Positions 25,541 to 49,789 of a stretch of 64,000 nt of DNA are shown here, one piece after another; positions within the stretch are counted from its first letter, which is position 1; each line of letters begins with the position of its first letter. This DNA comes from Macrostomum lignano (taxonomy: Eukaryota). The notes beneath the pieces were generated by a model, which was not told the DNA's origin, made no database searches, and was given only the letters and a program-made list of their open reading frames with translations. The translations under genes and the position numbers were made by a program. The stretch covers positions 272,368 to 336,367 of the forward strand of contig NIVC01001204.1 of assembly GCA_002269645.1 (NCBI GenBank), read 5' to 3'.

Positions 25541-26058
25541 TGCCCACTAATTCTCGAGTAACCAGATAGCCCACGCAGTTGCTTAAAGTTTGTAAAGCTA
25601 AAATTATAATAAAAACAATACAGTATGCTCTGAGGTCTTTTAAAAACAGCGTATTTAAGGTGAGTTTCTGGGCTTCGGCGCGAATTTGGGCCGTGTTCGC
25701 CTGCCTGCATCCGGTGCTGAAGTTGGAGGCGCTAAAGATGCACCGAACAACAGTTTATGAACCAGAATTGGTTTTTCTTGAGTTGCAGCCTGCAGAGAAA
25801 CGCATTGCATCAGCACTGCTATTGAGCCCCTCGCAGCTAAGAGAAGGAGCTGCTCACACAATGGCTGATCCTTGAGGCTGTGGAAGTTACGCTTGAGGGA
25901 CAGGTGCATGATTCCATTGTTTTTTTAGTTTTAGAAGCTAAGAAGGGGCCAAGTAGTTTATCGATTATTTGAGCTGTTGTTGTCTTGTCCGGGGCTTCTG
26001 CTGCTGCTTGAGACGCTTGAGTATTCCTGTCAGGGAGGAGACAACCGCAGGTTCGCAT

Positions 26059-26096
26059 CAAGGACTACTCAGAGTGGAGTACTTGAGTAGTCCTTG
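26059..26096. mobile_element. 38-bp micro-element with perfect 13-bp TIRs and 8-bp TSD (P- or hAT-like MITE)
   Basis: GTTCGCAT (26051-26058) | CAAGGACTACTCA - 12 nt - TGAGTAGTCCTTG | GTTCGCAT (26097-26104). Related 40-bp copy at 30845-30884. Confidence 0.8.
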
Positions 26097-28085
26097 GTTC
26101 GCATAAGCTACGAGCGTACTTCACAACAACAGCAACAACAAACAAGACAACAAAAATATGTTGTCAGCCGGTCAAGCGAGTAATGAGAGGCAAAGGTCCC
26201 AAAGACTTCACACGGGCAAGCAGCTCTGATCTAATAGAGAAAGGAATGAGTAGACAAGCAAGCTGCTGCCATATTGCTGACTCAAAAACTTATTACCGTG
26301 GTTTTCTCAGTTCCAGTTGTCAAGCAAATTGGCTTACAGCAGCCTCATGGACTCTAATACCGAATATGTTACTATAAAATGTGATTCTATCCATGATTCT
26401 TTAATCTCAAAGCCGACAACACAGGTATAATTTGTCTGTTATTCTGGCAATCGGCCCAAACAGTGCTGGGCTTACTGTTTCCCGGGCTAGGAAAGCCAAA
26501 AGTCCTTGTTCTCCAATTAAGAGACGAGATCACGGACGAAAGGGATGCTCTGAGGCCAAGTGAGGCTTTGAATCCCCAACTCACCAGTGCAGCGGCAGAT
26601 TCTTCCCACGGACAGCCGGGCCAAGCAAAAGTGTCCTGTAAAAAGTAAAAAGAGAATATGGGCGCTCCAAAAGAGGAGTTGAAGAAAGCAGAGGTTAATT
26701 GTTCTTGTAAGACTTCTTTTAGGCTTCGCCTATTCTTGACTAAGTTTGGTTTCTGTTTCCGTTCTGATCAACATGGAGTTTCGCTCGATCTGGAGCCTAA
26801 AAGATCTTACAGCAGAGATCGCAAGTTGTTGGCCAAGACTCGTGCCTGTAGCACAAATAACGAACAGTAGTCTTGGGATTTCCGTGAGTTGCACTGGAAC
26901 TCTTGCTGTCCCTTGGATTCTTCTCCCGTAGCTCATTTCGGGGCCGAGGCCGTGTCTATTTTATAGAATTTTAGGTACACGTCATCCCCCGCCGCTGATT
27001 AGCAACGGCGGGGTGCCAAAAGCAGACGCAGCAACATTAGATTAGCGCGTTGCTACGGGGCGAGACAGATAATTTGATAACTGTTCGTTGGTCGCATCAG
27101 GCGATGGTTAAAGGTCAGTTCGGGGTTCGTTATTCGAGCCGATTCGCACGTCAGACCACTCGTGCGTCCCTCGGTGAGTCGTGTCATAAAACGCCTCGAA
27201 CTCACTCTTAGGCGACTCTTTGACAACTTTTGGCGACTTCTACGCTTGTACCGTGATATGTTGTTGCTTTTGAGTCGTCTAAAGTCACTTCTTTCCTTTT
27301 TTACCTGTTTTACCTGCATCCACCCTAAAACGACTCTGGTTCGACGCAAGTGATTCTGGGACGCTTCGTGGCTTAAGTGCTGTTTTCATCGGGATAGAAT
27401 TAATTTTCAGCACATTATACAATGAGACTGCAGGCAAATTGAAATGAAATAAAATGCGTCTCTCAAAGCCCAACCTCTGCAGTCCATTAGAGGCAAAGCC
27501 GACAGGTGGGCCTCTTAGAAGGCTTGGTTAAAATACGGATCTATGAAATATTCAGTTTGGGATTGACTTTTAATTAACGCAACGATGCCTTCTAAGAAGC
27601 GATGCGCTTACTTAAGTGGTTCATTGTGAGCTCACCATTTATGGCAACATGAAAGCATTTTTCGCGCCTTCAATTAACGCCGAATTGAACAAAGGCAGCT
27701 AAAAGCTCTCAAGAGTCTAATTGATTTGCTCAAGTGAGGAGTATGTTTTAAATGGGGAAGGTGATTTGATACAGATAGGAATCACTTAGTTTCCGCTAAA
27801 ATGTTTGGTTGATTTATTCAGTCTCCAAACCTTCCTTGATGCATAAGAGAACTGTGTCTGTAATGAAAGCTGTTTGCCAGGTGCTTCAACAATCTTTAAC
27901 TGTATGCGTCGAACTTTTTATTTGATTTGAAATCCAGAATATCGGAGCCGCAGATTTTTAGGGGACCTGATAACCATCGTAAAAAACAGGATGGTAGCAC
28001 AATTAGAGCGTAATTCAGTTTTAAACTTCCGCATATCAACAGACCAGTAACTGCGGTCGGCGTCCCTTCATTTTTACTACTCTCT

Positions 28086-28851
28086 TCACAGCTTCATCCA
28101 GACGTGCTCAACTTCACTGGCCACCTCGGCGGGCACAGCGAAGAACTTCAGCAGGCGGCACACGCGGCTCGAGGCCACGAAGGCGCAGCCAAGGCAGTCC
28201 GGCCTGCGCTGGCAGGCGGCAGCGCACTGGATGGCGTTGCCCGTCACCGTGGAGCTGTGGCTGATGGAGCCGTACGAGGAGTCGGCGGAGATGCTGGGAA
28301 CGGACGCAATCGGCAGCTTCGTCAGCTTCGATCCAGCTGTGGGTGGGGTTGAAATCAAATTTTGTAAAACCATTTATTGACTCAAACACTTGAAGCAGAT
28401 TGAATCTGCCGCTCATCTTACTCGGTGAGTAGGTGACTTCGTAAATCGAGTTTCTCATTGCGCCGCCGCACACCTGCAGCGAGTTTCCATGGCAACTGGA
28501 ATCGCATTCCTCCTCCGCCGCTTTGCCGAAGGATCCGATGGTTGAGCTGCAGCCGCAGAAGAAAAAGTACTGAGTGCCGAAGTAGCGGAACCGACCGTAG
28601 GAGCAAATCTGGTTGCACATTTCCAGAGTCATTGTGAATCGGCCTTCAACGAAGCCCGGAGAAAATGTTGACATTTCGTAGGGGCCATAGTGAAAAATTC
28701 CTAAAAGTCCTTTGAGATCGCGACTGTCGCCGTCTTTATAGCAGCCAACGTAGCGAAACTCGAGTGGCTGGACGGGCTCGAAAGCCGCGCAGCCTTGAAG
28801 ACTCGCCCACATCAGGGCGAGGCAAACAGCGAGACCGTTTGACAGCCGCAT
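28086..28851 (-). CDS. Secreted WSC + PAN/apple-like protein (W2), paralog of W1, 2 exons, ~226 aa
   Basis: Signal peptide MRLSNGLAVCLALMWASLQGCAA; WSC YVGCY..MTLEMCNQIC..CGC..CGG. Exons 28851-28422 and 28336-28086 (phase 1) total 681 nt; C-terminus similar to W1 (CRLLKF.AVP.E.ASE.E.VWMK). Confidence 0.82.
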
Positions 28852-29689
28852 GTCGTCAAGGTGCTTTGAGTCTTTTGAAACAGAAATTCACTGTCTTGAT
28901 TAGTCAGGATCGGCTTTCGGAGCGCTTGAAAGTAAATGCATTTATAATGTGCTTGTCGCATTTATTGTTCTCCGGTTGCCTTGGAAACGAGTCTTTTCTC
29001 TCCATTTTGTTTTAATCTCTGCTGTCCTCAATTTGAGATTCACTGTGCGACCGCTTGAAATTCAGGGCAGAAAATTCAATTTAGAGACAGAAGATGGCGA
29101 CGGATAAATAGAGAGCCGAAAAGCTGAAAGCTCACGGGAAGCTGTTATTTTGTGTTTCCGGTGTCGCCCTGGTTTAAAAACAAGCATTGCTCTCAGGCAC
29201 GTCTTCGTTGGCAGACCGAGCTCAGTATAGCTGATTAGTAAGCTGTTGGACGTATCTTCACTCGATGTCAGCTGGGAACATCAAGCTTGATCAACCATTA
29301 ACCTGACTGCCGCTGTAATGTTTTACGACCTGCACCTGTATCTAACTCTATGGTTGGGCTGCATCCAATTCAACCTCAGCCTGTGCATAACAGTGCCTGC
29401 TCGTGGTGCCTTTGATCCCGTAACAGTACTCAGAGCGAAAGACTAAGCTATTACTAGAATTAAGAGAGATTAAGATTTAGCTCATGTCATAAATTTTTGT
29501 AAAAAAAATGAAACAAAATAGGGGAACGTTTTGTGGCGTCCTAACACAACGAGTAATTCGAAACATTGGAATTCATATATATCGATAGATCGAGATCGAG
29601 CTAAAATTCAAGAGGTAAATCACTTGTTCAGATCTAACAACTGGTTATTCCAAAGATCGATTTCTGCAGTTGACATCAGCTAGCTGTGA

Positions 29690-29870
29690 CAGCGTGGCAT
29701 CAGGCACAGAACGGTAGACGCGGTGCATGTCTCGGTACAGTCGGCCAGACCAGCAAAACCATGGTATCTGATTATAACGTTTTTGTTAACCGAATCGGTG
29801 GGCTCATTGTTCACCCACAGAGCAGCGTCCACGGTGCCGTAGCAGCCGACCCAGTACCAGCCACCAGCCT
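29690..29870 (-). pseudogene. Inverted fragment of the 3' end of the C-type lectin gene
   Basis: Reverse complement aligns by eye with 33070-33330 (GGWYWVGC.GTVDAALW..., plus 3' flank GATCGATCTTTGGAA). Confidence 0.75.
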
Positions 29871-30113
29871 TTGTTTGAATTTACAAATTCGGCGACAAAA
29901 GTTAACAACGCAAAAGCCAGTTGGTCAGCTAAAACGCTGTACATTGGTCGCTTGCTTCGTACACAGCACCCCAAGTTGCGCAACACACAAAAACTCAACT
30001 CAAGCCACTCTATTTCAACAACTCTCCGTCTTGTCTTACTGTCGCTTCAAAATTGATTGGTCATTACGCCAGTCAGGTTGTAAACTATTTTTTTTAATTT
30101 CCATCAGATTTGC

Positions 30114-30487
30114 CAGGGGTCTGCAAACTCCAGTCCGCAGGCCACATGGGGCCTGCAAAGCTTCTCTATCCGGCCTTTGCGGTCCTTTGAAACTGCACAA
30201 TAGCAATCCGGCCTGCTCAATTTTTGTCTCTTCTTAGCGCTCTTCTCTCTTCTCGCCTCTCGTCTCCTCTCCTCTCTCTCCTTCATCCTCTCCCTCTCCT
30301 TTTTTTCTACTCTCCTTACCTAATTCATCTCTACTCTCCTCTCGTTTCCTCTTTACTCCTTTATTCCCTCGCCTCTCCTTTCTCCTATCTCCCTTCTTTC
30401 TTTTTTCACCTCTCTCATCTCTAGGACCGCAGTCATGCTCTAGGTTCTCTATCTGGCCCTTGAGGTAAAAATGTTTTCCGAACCCTG
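30114..30487. mobile_element. Possible hAT-type MITE with CT-rich interior
   Basis: Starts CAGGGGTCTGCAAAC and ends GTTTTCCGAACCCTG (imperfect TIR). No matching TSD found. Confidence 0.4.
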
Positions 30488-31120
30488 GCATAAGCGAAAT
30501 GAGCTATACTGTTCGATACGTGTTATGTCCTCTTCTTCTGCTTCTATACCGACTATTGCCTCCAGGCTACCATCTGACATCAAAGTCAAGTCGAAGAAGC
30601 ATTATTTAAAATACGAGCTGTTCACAAGCTTTATTTGCCTCTAGCCGGCGCACGTTTTGTTTGCCCTTTGTAATACTGTTAGCCTTCGGCTCTTAAAGAA
30701 ATAAAAGATTGTACCCTAGACTATAGACAAAAGAAGGGAAGCATTAGTGCATTTGCTAAACCAAAAGTCCATACACAACAATACGACCTTCTGCACCCTG
30801 ACAATCGAAATTCCAGGAGAAGGACAAACACAAAAGTGTAATATCAAGGACCACTAGAAGATTACGTTACTTAAGTAGTCCTTGTCCGGAGAGCGTCCGC
30901 GTTTGTCACCGAAGAAGAAACAGCGGGCGACTGACAAGCCTTCGACCCTGACTGATTCCTCCTGTTGGCTGGCTTCTCTGCTGGTCTTTCCAGGTCACAA
31001 TATGAATAATTATTTAATTATATAGTTATATTATATAACTAATTTAATTGATTAAATAACGGTAGAAGTGATATTTTTTGAATGGCTAGTCCTACTCTTT
31101 TCGTACCTTGCAATGTCTCT

Positions 31121-31136
31121 CTCTACCTCTCCCTCT

Positions 31137-31210
<74 letters not shown>

Positions 31211-31806
31211 GTCTGGCTGTCTGCTCCTTTTGCTCCGTGCGTTGGCCTTGTGCTTACTTATTTACTTACTTGTTTACTAACTTATTTACTTTTATTAGTT
31301 TGTGTTGACTCACTTCATTTAGTTCTTTATTATTTGTTTTCATTTATTTAACCTTTAAGAGGCATTTGGGCCCACTGTATTGCGCAATCTCGCTTCAGCC
31401 AACCTGTTTTGACTTTATAGAGTTCTGACTCATAGTTGATGTACATACAGTATGCACATGAGCGATCTCTCCCCCACTTTTCGCTTATATTTATTTGTCG
31501 GCTTCTCACCTTATTAGTGATATTCATTTTTGCCCTGATGAAGAAGTTCATATTCGAAATATCGGCGACTAACACTCTTTAGCTTTTTTGTTTGGCTTGT
31601 TGCTTTGCTGTGTCAGCGCCTTCGGGATTGGAGGCTCTCCCTCTCTCCCTCTCTCCCTCTCTCCCTCTCTCCCTCTCTCCCTCTCTCCCTCTCTCCCTCT
31701 CTCCCTCTCTCCCTCTCTCCCTCTCTCCCTCTCTCCCTCTCTCCCTCTCTCCCTCTCTCCCTCTCTCCCTCTCTCCCTCTCTCCCTCTCTCCCTCTCTCC
31801 CTCTCT
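31121..31806. repeat. (CT)n tract at 31121-31211 and (CCCTCTCT)n tract at 31636-31806
   Basis: Direct reading. Confidence 0.95.
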
Positions 31807-32520
31807 TTGTCTGGCTGTCTGTTCCTTGTGCTTCGTGCTTCGGCCTTGCTCGCTTTCCCTCCTCTCACTGGTAGGCCACTCAATGTTATCGATTCGCCAA
31901 TTTTATCTCATTGATAATTACTCGTAGATATAAAATATCGGAACTGGCTCACTTGAGAGCTTTAAGATGGTTAGGATATCTTAATATCAAGTCTTGCCCT
32001 CAGCTCTTACACTTCATAATTTCACATCGACTAATTTTTCCTTGAGTAATGAGCTATCAAAGGTGTTAAACATCTCCAGTTTTATTTTCTCCTACAGGTT
32101 GGCTCAATTTTTCACCCTCTCAACAAAATTGAAGTGTTTATTAACTGACAGGATAATGTTTAAATATTTTCTTTTGGTAGCTTCATAAGTCCAAAACCGT
32201 TGTCTTAGAGAGAACGGACACCTGCTTCAGAGACTCAGGGGAGATTGGAAAAGAATGACAACTGCAGCACGTCAATCATTTCTAATTTGATGTCCTACAA
32301 ATGAAAAAAACCTGCTGGCATCAGTAAAGTTGTGTGCAGCGGTTGCCAAAGCAGAGAGCCAATTGAGGCGAGGAGCTACGGATAGAAAAGAAACTCTTGA
32401 AAAGGCAACGCTTCTAAGAAGAAACTCTCTCAAAGAAGCCATAAATTTTTGAGTTGCAACTCGCATGAAAGCAGCTCCGTCTGTCGAGTTTACCGCCGTA
32501 GTTTCTTCAGCGTTGACAAT

Positions 32521-33258
32521 ATGAGCATGAATCTCCTGACAATGTTCTTGGCTCTGGGCCTCACGCTCGGCAGTGACAACCAGCAGCTGTATGTTCTCAT
32601 CAACGGATATCTCTGCATCAATGGCCAGTTTGTTGAGACCTACTCAAGCGAAATCAGCAAAGTCGAGTGCGCCGCTCTGTGCTCCCAAAACCAGCGCTGT
32701 CAGGCGTTCAGTCTGGCTGACGGTCCGTGCCAGCTGTTCGTGTTCGACAAGTGCAGCAAGTCGGTGAGGAGCTGCGGCTGCTCCAGGAGAGGCCGGGTGT
32801 TTGTCAAGCAGCGGCCGGGACTCGAGGCGGGCGCGCTGTGTCCGTCTGGCTACGGCATGGACCTGTGCGGAGTGAAGTACAGGCTGTACTCTGGCATCGG
32901 GACGTGGTGGCCGAGCAGGCAGAAGTGCGAGTCAGAGAGCGGTCTGGTCATCATGGCCGACGTGACCAGCGAGCAGGAGATGAGCCACGTGGACTCGATC
33001 TACTCGAACTACAGCTCTGGACAATCGATTTGGCTCGGAGGCCTCCAGCCAGCAGGCAGTGCTGAGCCTCTGGGCGGCTGGTACTGGGTCGGCTGCAATG
33101 GCACCGTGGACGCTGCTCTGTGGGCCTACGGTGAGCCCAACAATGGGCTTGACGAAAACGTTATATTCAGCTACCATGGTTCCGCTGGTCTGTCCGACTG
33201 TCCCGAGACATGGACTGTGTCTGCCGTTCTGTGCGAGTGCGTCTCGCCCTTCGCCTGA
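32521..33258 (+). CDS. Secreted PAN/apple-like + C-type lectin-like domain protein, single exon, ~245 aa
   Basis: Signal-like MSMNLLTMFLALGLTLG; ECAALCSQNQRCQAF..CQL (PAN-like); CTLD motifs CPSGY, SIWLGG, WYWV, WAYGEPNN, VLCEC. Confidence 0.82.
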   Translation: MSMNLLTMFLALGLTLGSDNQQLYVLINGYLCINGQFVETYSSEISKVECAALCSQNQRCQAFSLADGPCQLFVFDKCSKSVRSCGCSRRGRVFVKQRPGLEAGALCPSGYGMDLCGVKYRLYSGIGTWWPSRQKCESESGLVIMADVTSEQEMSHVDSIYSNYSSGQSIWLGGLQPAGSAEPLGGWYWVGCNGTVDAALWAYGEPNNGLDENVIFSYHGSAGLSDCPETWTVSAVLCECVSPFA

Positions 33259-34084
33259 TGCCCGGATGCTGCGCTGTGACAACTAGCTGATGCCCATTTC
33301 AGAGATCGATCTTTGGAACTCGTAACCCGTTGTTAAACCTATCGTGTCGAGCATTGGATTTACGAGTACTATGAGTAGCAATGAATTGGTTTATCGCAGC
33401 CATGCCTTTATGTAAACCCTTTTTAAAGTGGCTTTTTCGTGGGTCACAAGAATGAAGGCACTGCCCAAAGGCACTAGTACATGCGTTGAGCCTTAGAGAT
33501 ACGAACTTTTTTTTAAATAAAAGAAGTACTAGTACATTTTCAAAACGTTAAATGATTCTACAGATTTCTTTTCATGATCTCCCCGAATCGAGAACAAAGT
33601 AATAAAAAATTAAATGTAATCCATATACTAAAAATGGTCTGTCCGTGTCTATCTATCTCTGTGATGGATTAGAGAAAAAAACGTTATTTCCTAATTTTAG
33701 ATTTGAAGCACATTACCAAATACAAGGATGAAAACTATGACTTAGACCTTCAACGCCGAATTATAACGTCATCATTCGTTGGCGTAATAGAAAAATGCCC
33801 ATTTGCTAGTGACGTGAATGGATGTCGGAAACGTTTTTGCTGTAGCCATGATCAGGTTGCCAGCCTGACCAGGGAGAGGTGCTGGGTGTTGTATCACTCC
33901 CTTCACGCTGTTGTATGGTATTTAGCGATTACGTCTTTGGCACCACCAGCCTGCCTCAACGACGAACCAGAGGTTTTACGGAGTGGGATTGGCTGACTTT
34001 GGCGGAATTACCATGGTGCATCGGTGGAAGTCGGTATGTTGAACAATTATCAGACAATTCTTTCGCTATTCCGTAAATATAGCT

Positions 34085-34333
34085 GTGTGGCCGCCCCCCC
34101 CCCCAAAATAGCTTGACCGAACATATTGCGCCCCCCAAAAACCTAAATTTGCGACCCCTAAACGTGATTTTTCGCCCCCTATACGCATTTTTTGCGCCCC
34201 TAAGCTTGATTTTTCGCCCCCCTACGCACATTTTTGCGCCCCCTAGCTTAAAAATTGGCGCCCCTTCCACTCGTGTTGGCGCCCCAAACTTGGACCGCCC
34301 CCCCCCAAAATGAAACTCTGGATCCGCCACTGA
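34085..34333 (-). repeat. GC-rich element with repeated GCGCCCC motifs and a CAGTGGCGGATCC end (probable non-autonomous DNA transposon fragment)
   Basis: GGATCCGCCACTG at 34320-34332 and internal TTTTGCGCCCC repeats; the second terminus was not found. Confidence 0.35.
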
Positions 34334-36234
34334 CTATCCGCATCAATACCAAAAAGCTTATTAACGCAACGTCGTTCCATAGAGAACCCCCTTGTGTAGA
34401 GACACGGAAAACCAGGCAAATTCCGTAGCTGTCGAGAAGTCTCCTGAATTTGAGCTGGCTCCCTAGCTGTGCACCTTCACTGTCACCGCAATCGACATCA
34501 AAGGCACCGCACTACACCCTGTTCTCTGATGCAGGCGCTCAATACAAAGTGGCAAAGTTGGGGAATGGTCGAGTCATTTTTATAACCTGGCCTATTGACG
34601 ATGTAAACATTGATATTAATATGATAAAGACGAAAATAAGAAGATTGGATCTCCGGGTGGTAATGAATCCATTAGAACATCGGGACGAAGAGCGACGCCG
34701 CGCGGTCGACCGAGCCCTTTGGCTTCTACAGTGACAGGCCTCTTCGAGTGGCGGACGTTGAATAAGAATGAAGATACACTTGAAGACAATTTTTCATGTA
34801 TATTTTGACTTGTTGGGTTTGCAGTAGCCTTGTCACTCATATCAATTCCATGCAATGGAGGGCTCAGCACGTCTGTGTTGCATGAGACAGACCAGGCTTG
34901 CGAGCTAATGTCTGCAAAGATCCTACACAACTGAACTTCCTCTACTGCGTTGCAGGAATGCTAGGAGAACTCTTTCTAAGCTCACTCACAAACCGACCCA
35001 TCCAATGGTCTTGGCTTCTGTCTTGGCCATTTTTGGGTACGGATGGGCCCGGAAGTGAACATGTTCGTATCAGGTACCTCTGGCCACGGCTCTGAGGAAC
35101 AGGTATCACCCTCTGACCTTAACAGGGTAATTGTATGCGGCCAGTCCGCAGGTTCCGGAGACATCCTTCTTGTCTCCCTTAGGGGCCCAGTGACAGTGTA
35201 GTACCACGCTGATGGACCTACGGTTCAGCTTCTGGCTCTTAGCCGGTGAGCTTCTCGGTTGCTAGCGGAGAGGGCGGAAAGGGCCTAAGCTACCCCCGAT
35301 CTCTATTCTTTTGACTGGCTGTTGGGTTACGGCCCCAGAAGCTTCTCACCTCTAGTCCCCATTCGTCTTTTAGCGACTCATAGAGTATTCAGTTACTCCC
35401 GACGCGTCCCTTGAGGCTTCTGGAGCGCCAACCGAGGTTATTCGTAACACCGGAACTTCCGGTGACTCTCACTCAGACCCTGCCGCCCCTCAGAACATTT
35501 GTACCGAAGTGACTGGACAATAGTGACTGGCCTCAGACCTCTAAGAGCAAGGCCCGTAGCTTCAAAGATATTTTCAAAGAAAATTTAATGTTGGCTATGA
35601 TATTATTTAGAATAAACCAAAAATTATGCAAGAAAACTTATGTTGTGTATATAATATATACGCTCGTAAATTGTGACTGACACCATTGGATTAGAAAATC
35701 AATGATTTTGAATAAAGTCATGTTTATGATGCAGTTATAATTTATAAAAAAATCGCAATACATGAGTAAGTCAAATGACAGAGCAAACGTATTAAGATTC
35801 TTTGTAGTCCACAAAACGTAGTGCGGTAGATACCAGCAAAAAGGTACAATAATGAATATGTTTTTTTCAAAGAATATTTTATGATCGTTATAGCTTGTTT
35901 AATTAAAATTACAGTGGAAAGTATTTATCCAAACAACAATGAGATACTCGTAGTTCCACTTATTTTCTAGGCTTTTTGTTTTATTTTAATTGTGACAATT
36001 TAAAAAAATTACAATTCTCTCAGAGTGACGTCCGAAGTTGCGTTTGTGTTAGCGGCTATTTATTCCGGATTTCAAAAATAGCGTCGTAGTAATTAAAAGA
36101 CGACACCGTGTATTCTACTACTCAAACCTTCAGTGTGAGCGTAGTTCTATAGTGAAGAAATTGTCAGGTAAATTCTCAGCCACTTCTGACTTTTAACCAT
36201 TAAAAAGTGCAAATCAAGTTCTCGACAGTTATAC

Positions 36235-48322
<12,088 letters not shown>

Positions 48323-48434
48323 GCAGACTCTCGACTTTGAGACACCGTCTGTCCGGCTTGCTGCTTTCAACCTGTGATGTGGTGAGTGGATAATCAAAGA
48401 AGCATTCGAAGATAGACAGAATTTCTGCTCTCCA

Positions 48435-48491
48435 CTGTCTCTGTGTCAGTGTGTGTGTCTGTGTGTCTGTGTGTCTGTCTGTCTGTCTGTG

Positions 48492-48558
<67 letters not shown>

Positions 48559-48609
48559 GTGTCTGTCTGTCTGTCTGTCTGTCTGTGTGTCTGTCTGTCT
48601 GTCTGTCTT

Positions 48610-48646
<37 letters not shown>

Positions 48647-48647
48647 G

Positions 48648-48680
<33 letters not shown>

Positions 48681-48729
48681 TTCTGTCTGTCTGTCTGTCT
48701 GTCTTTCTGTCTGTCTGTCTGTCTGTCTT

Positions 48730-48782
<53 letters not shown>

Positions 48783-48803
48783 ATGTCTGTCTGTCTTTCT
48801 GTG

Positions 48804-48844
<41 letters not shown>

Positions 48845-48845
48845 T

Positions 48846-48914
<69 letters not shown>

Positions 48915-48935
48915 ATGTCTGTCTGTCTTTCTGTG

Positions 48936-49020
<85 letters not shown>

Positions 49021-49032
49021 TTCTTTCTGTCT
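48435..49032. repeat. (GTCT)n microsatellite
   Basis: Direct reading. Confidence 0.97.
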
Positions 49033-49789
49033 ACATCCGCCTACACTAGTTATAAAAAAAACTGGACTCGTAGTACGCCAACGCGCCTCAATTTAGCCAC
49101 ACGAAATCCGATATCCAACTCAATTTCATGGACGGGTGGAACTACAACTCCACCAACTCCCCCCGCCCGTCAATTCACTCTCTTTATCTGTCTCCCTGTT
49201 ATCTCAGTCCTCACCTTATCTCATGCCCAGCCTCAGTCAGCATGGCATGAGCTTAGCATTAGCATCCAGGCTGCTGACCCTCCAGCTCACACCGCGCACT
49301 ATTCTCAGCATCAAATTGCTCAGCTCTAAAATATTCCACATCCGCGTTCAAAGAAGCTGGCATGGATAATGGCGGCTATCAGATCGCCAGCCCGTCTAAT
49401 GCCTGTCACTCTTCTAAGCGTGGCAGTTTGTGCGGGGCGGAGCTCAGCTGCACAAATGAGGATAATTAAATGGGGACAGCTGGGGATCGTCGGGGGATCG
49501 TCATCGGCAAGAGACGATGGAAGCGGACAACAGATGGACGCGATCAAAGGCGTGAAGACTGAGTTGCATTTAGTGCCTACTAAAGGTTGAGGCTTAGCGC
49601 TTAAAGTGGAAAAAGTGGAAATAGTGAAAACCGTAACTATTGCTAATAACCATTTTCTATAGTGAATGCACAAAAACAATTTTACTTTTTTATAATGGTA
49701 ATTATATACTGTAAGTTATAGTACCTGTCAGTATGTCTGTTTCAGTGTCGGTCTGTCTTTTTGTCTGTCTGTCTTAATGTAAATCTGTC

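Noticed and set aside
26500-26560. GTCC...GGACGAAA resembling hammerhead ribozyme stem II (also TGATGA-GCCC..GGGC near 23665-23690)
   Set aside because: The CTGANGA core is missing in the first and GAAA is missing in the second.
34370-35550. GC-balanced segment that might be a retroelement or LTR fragment
   Set aside because: No termini, TSD or protein motif could be identified by eye.
49060-49330. Possible decayed CR1-type RT fragment
   Set aside because: Similarity to RT motifs is too weak to support.
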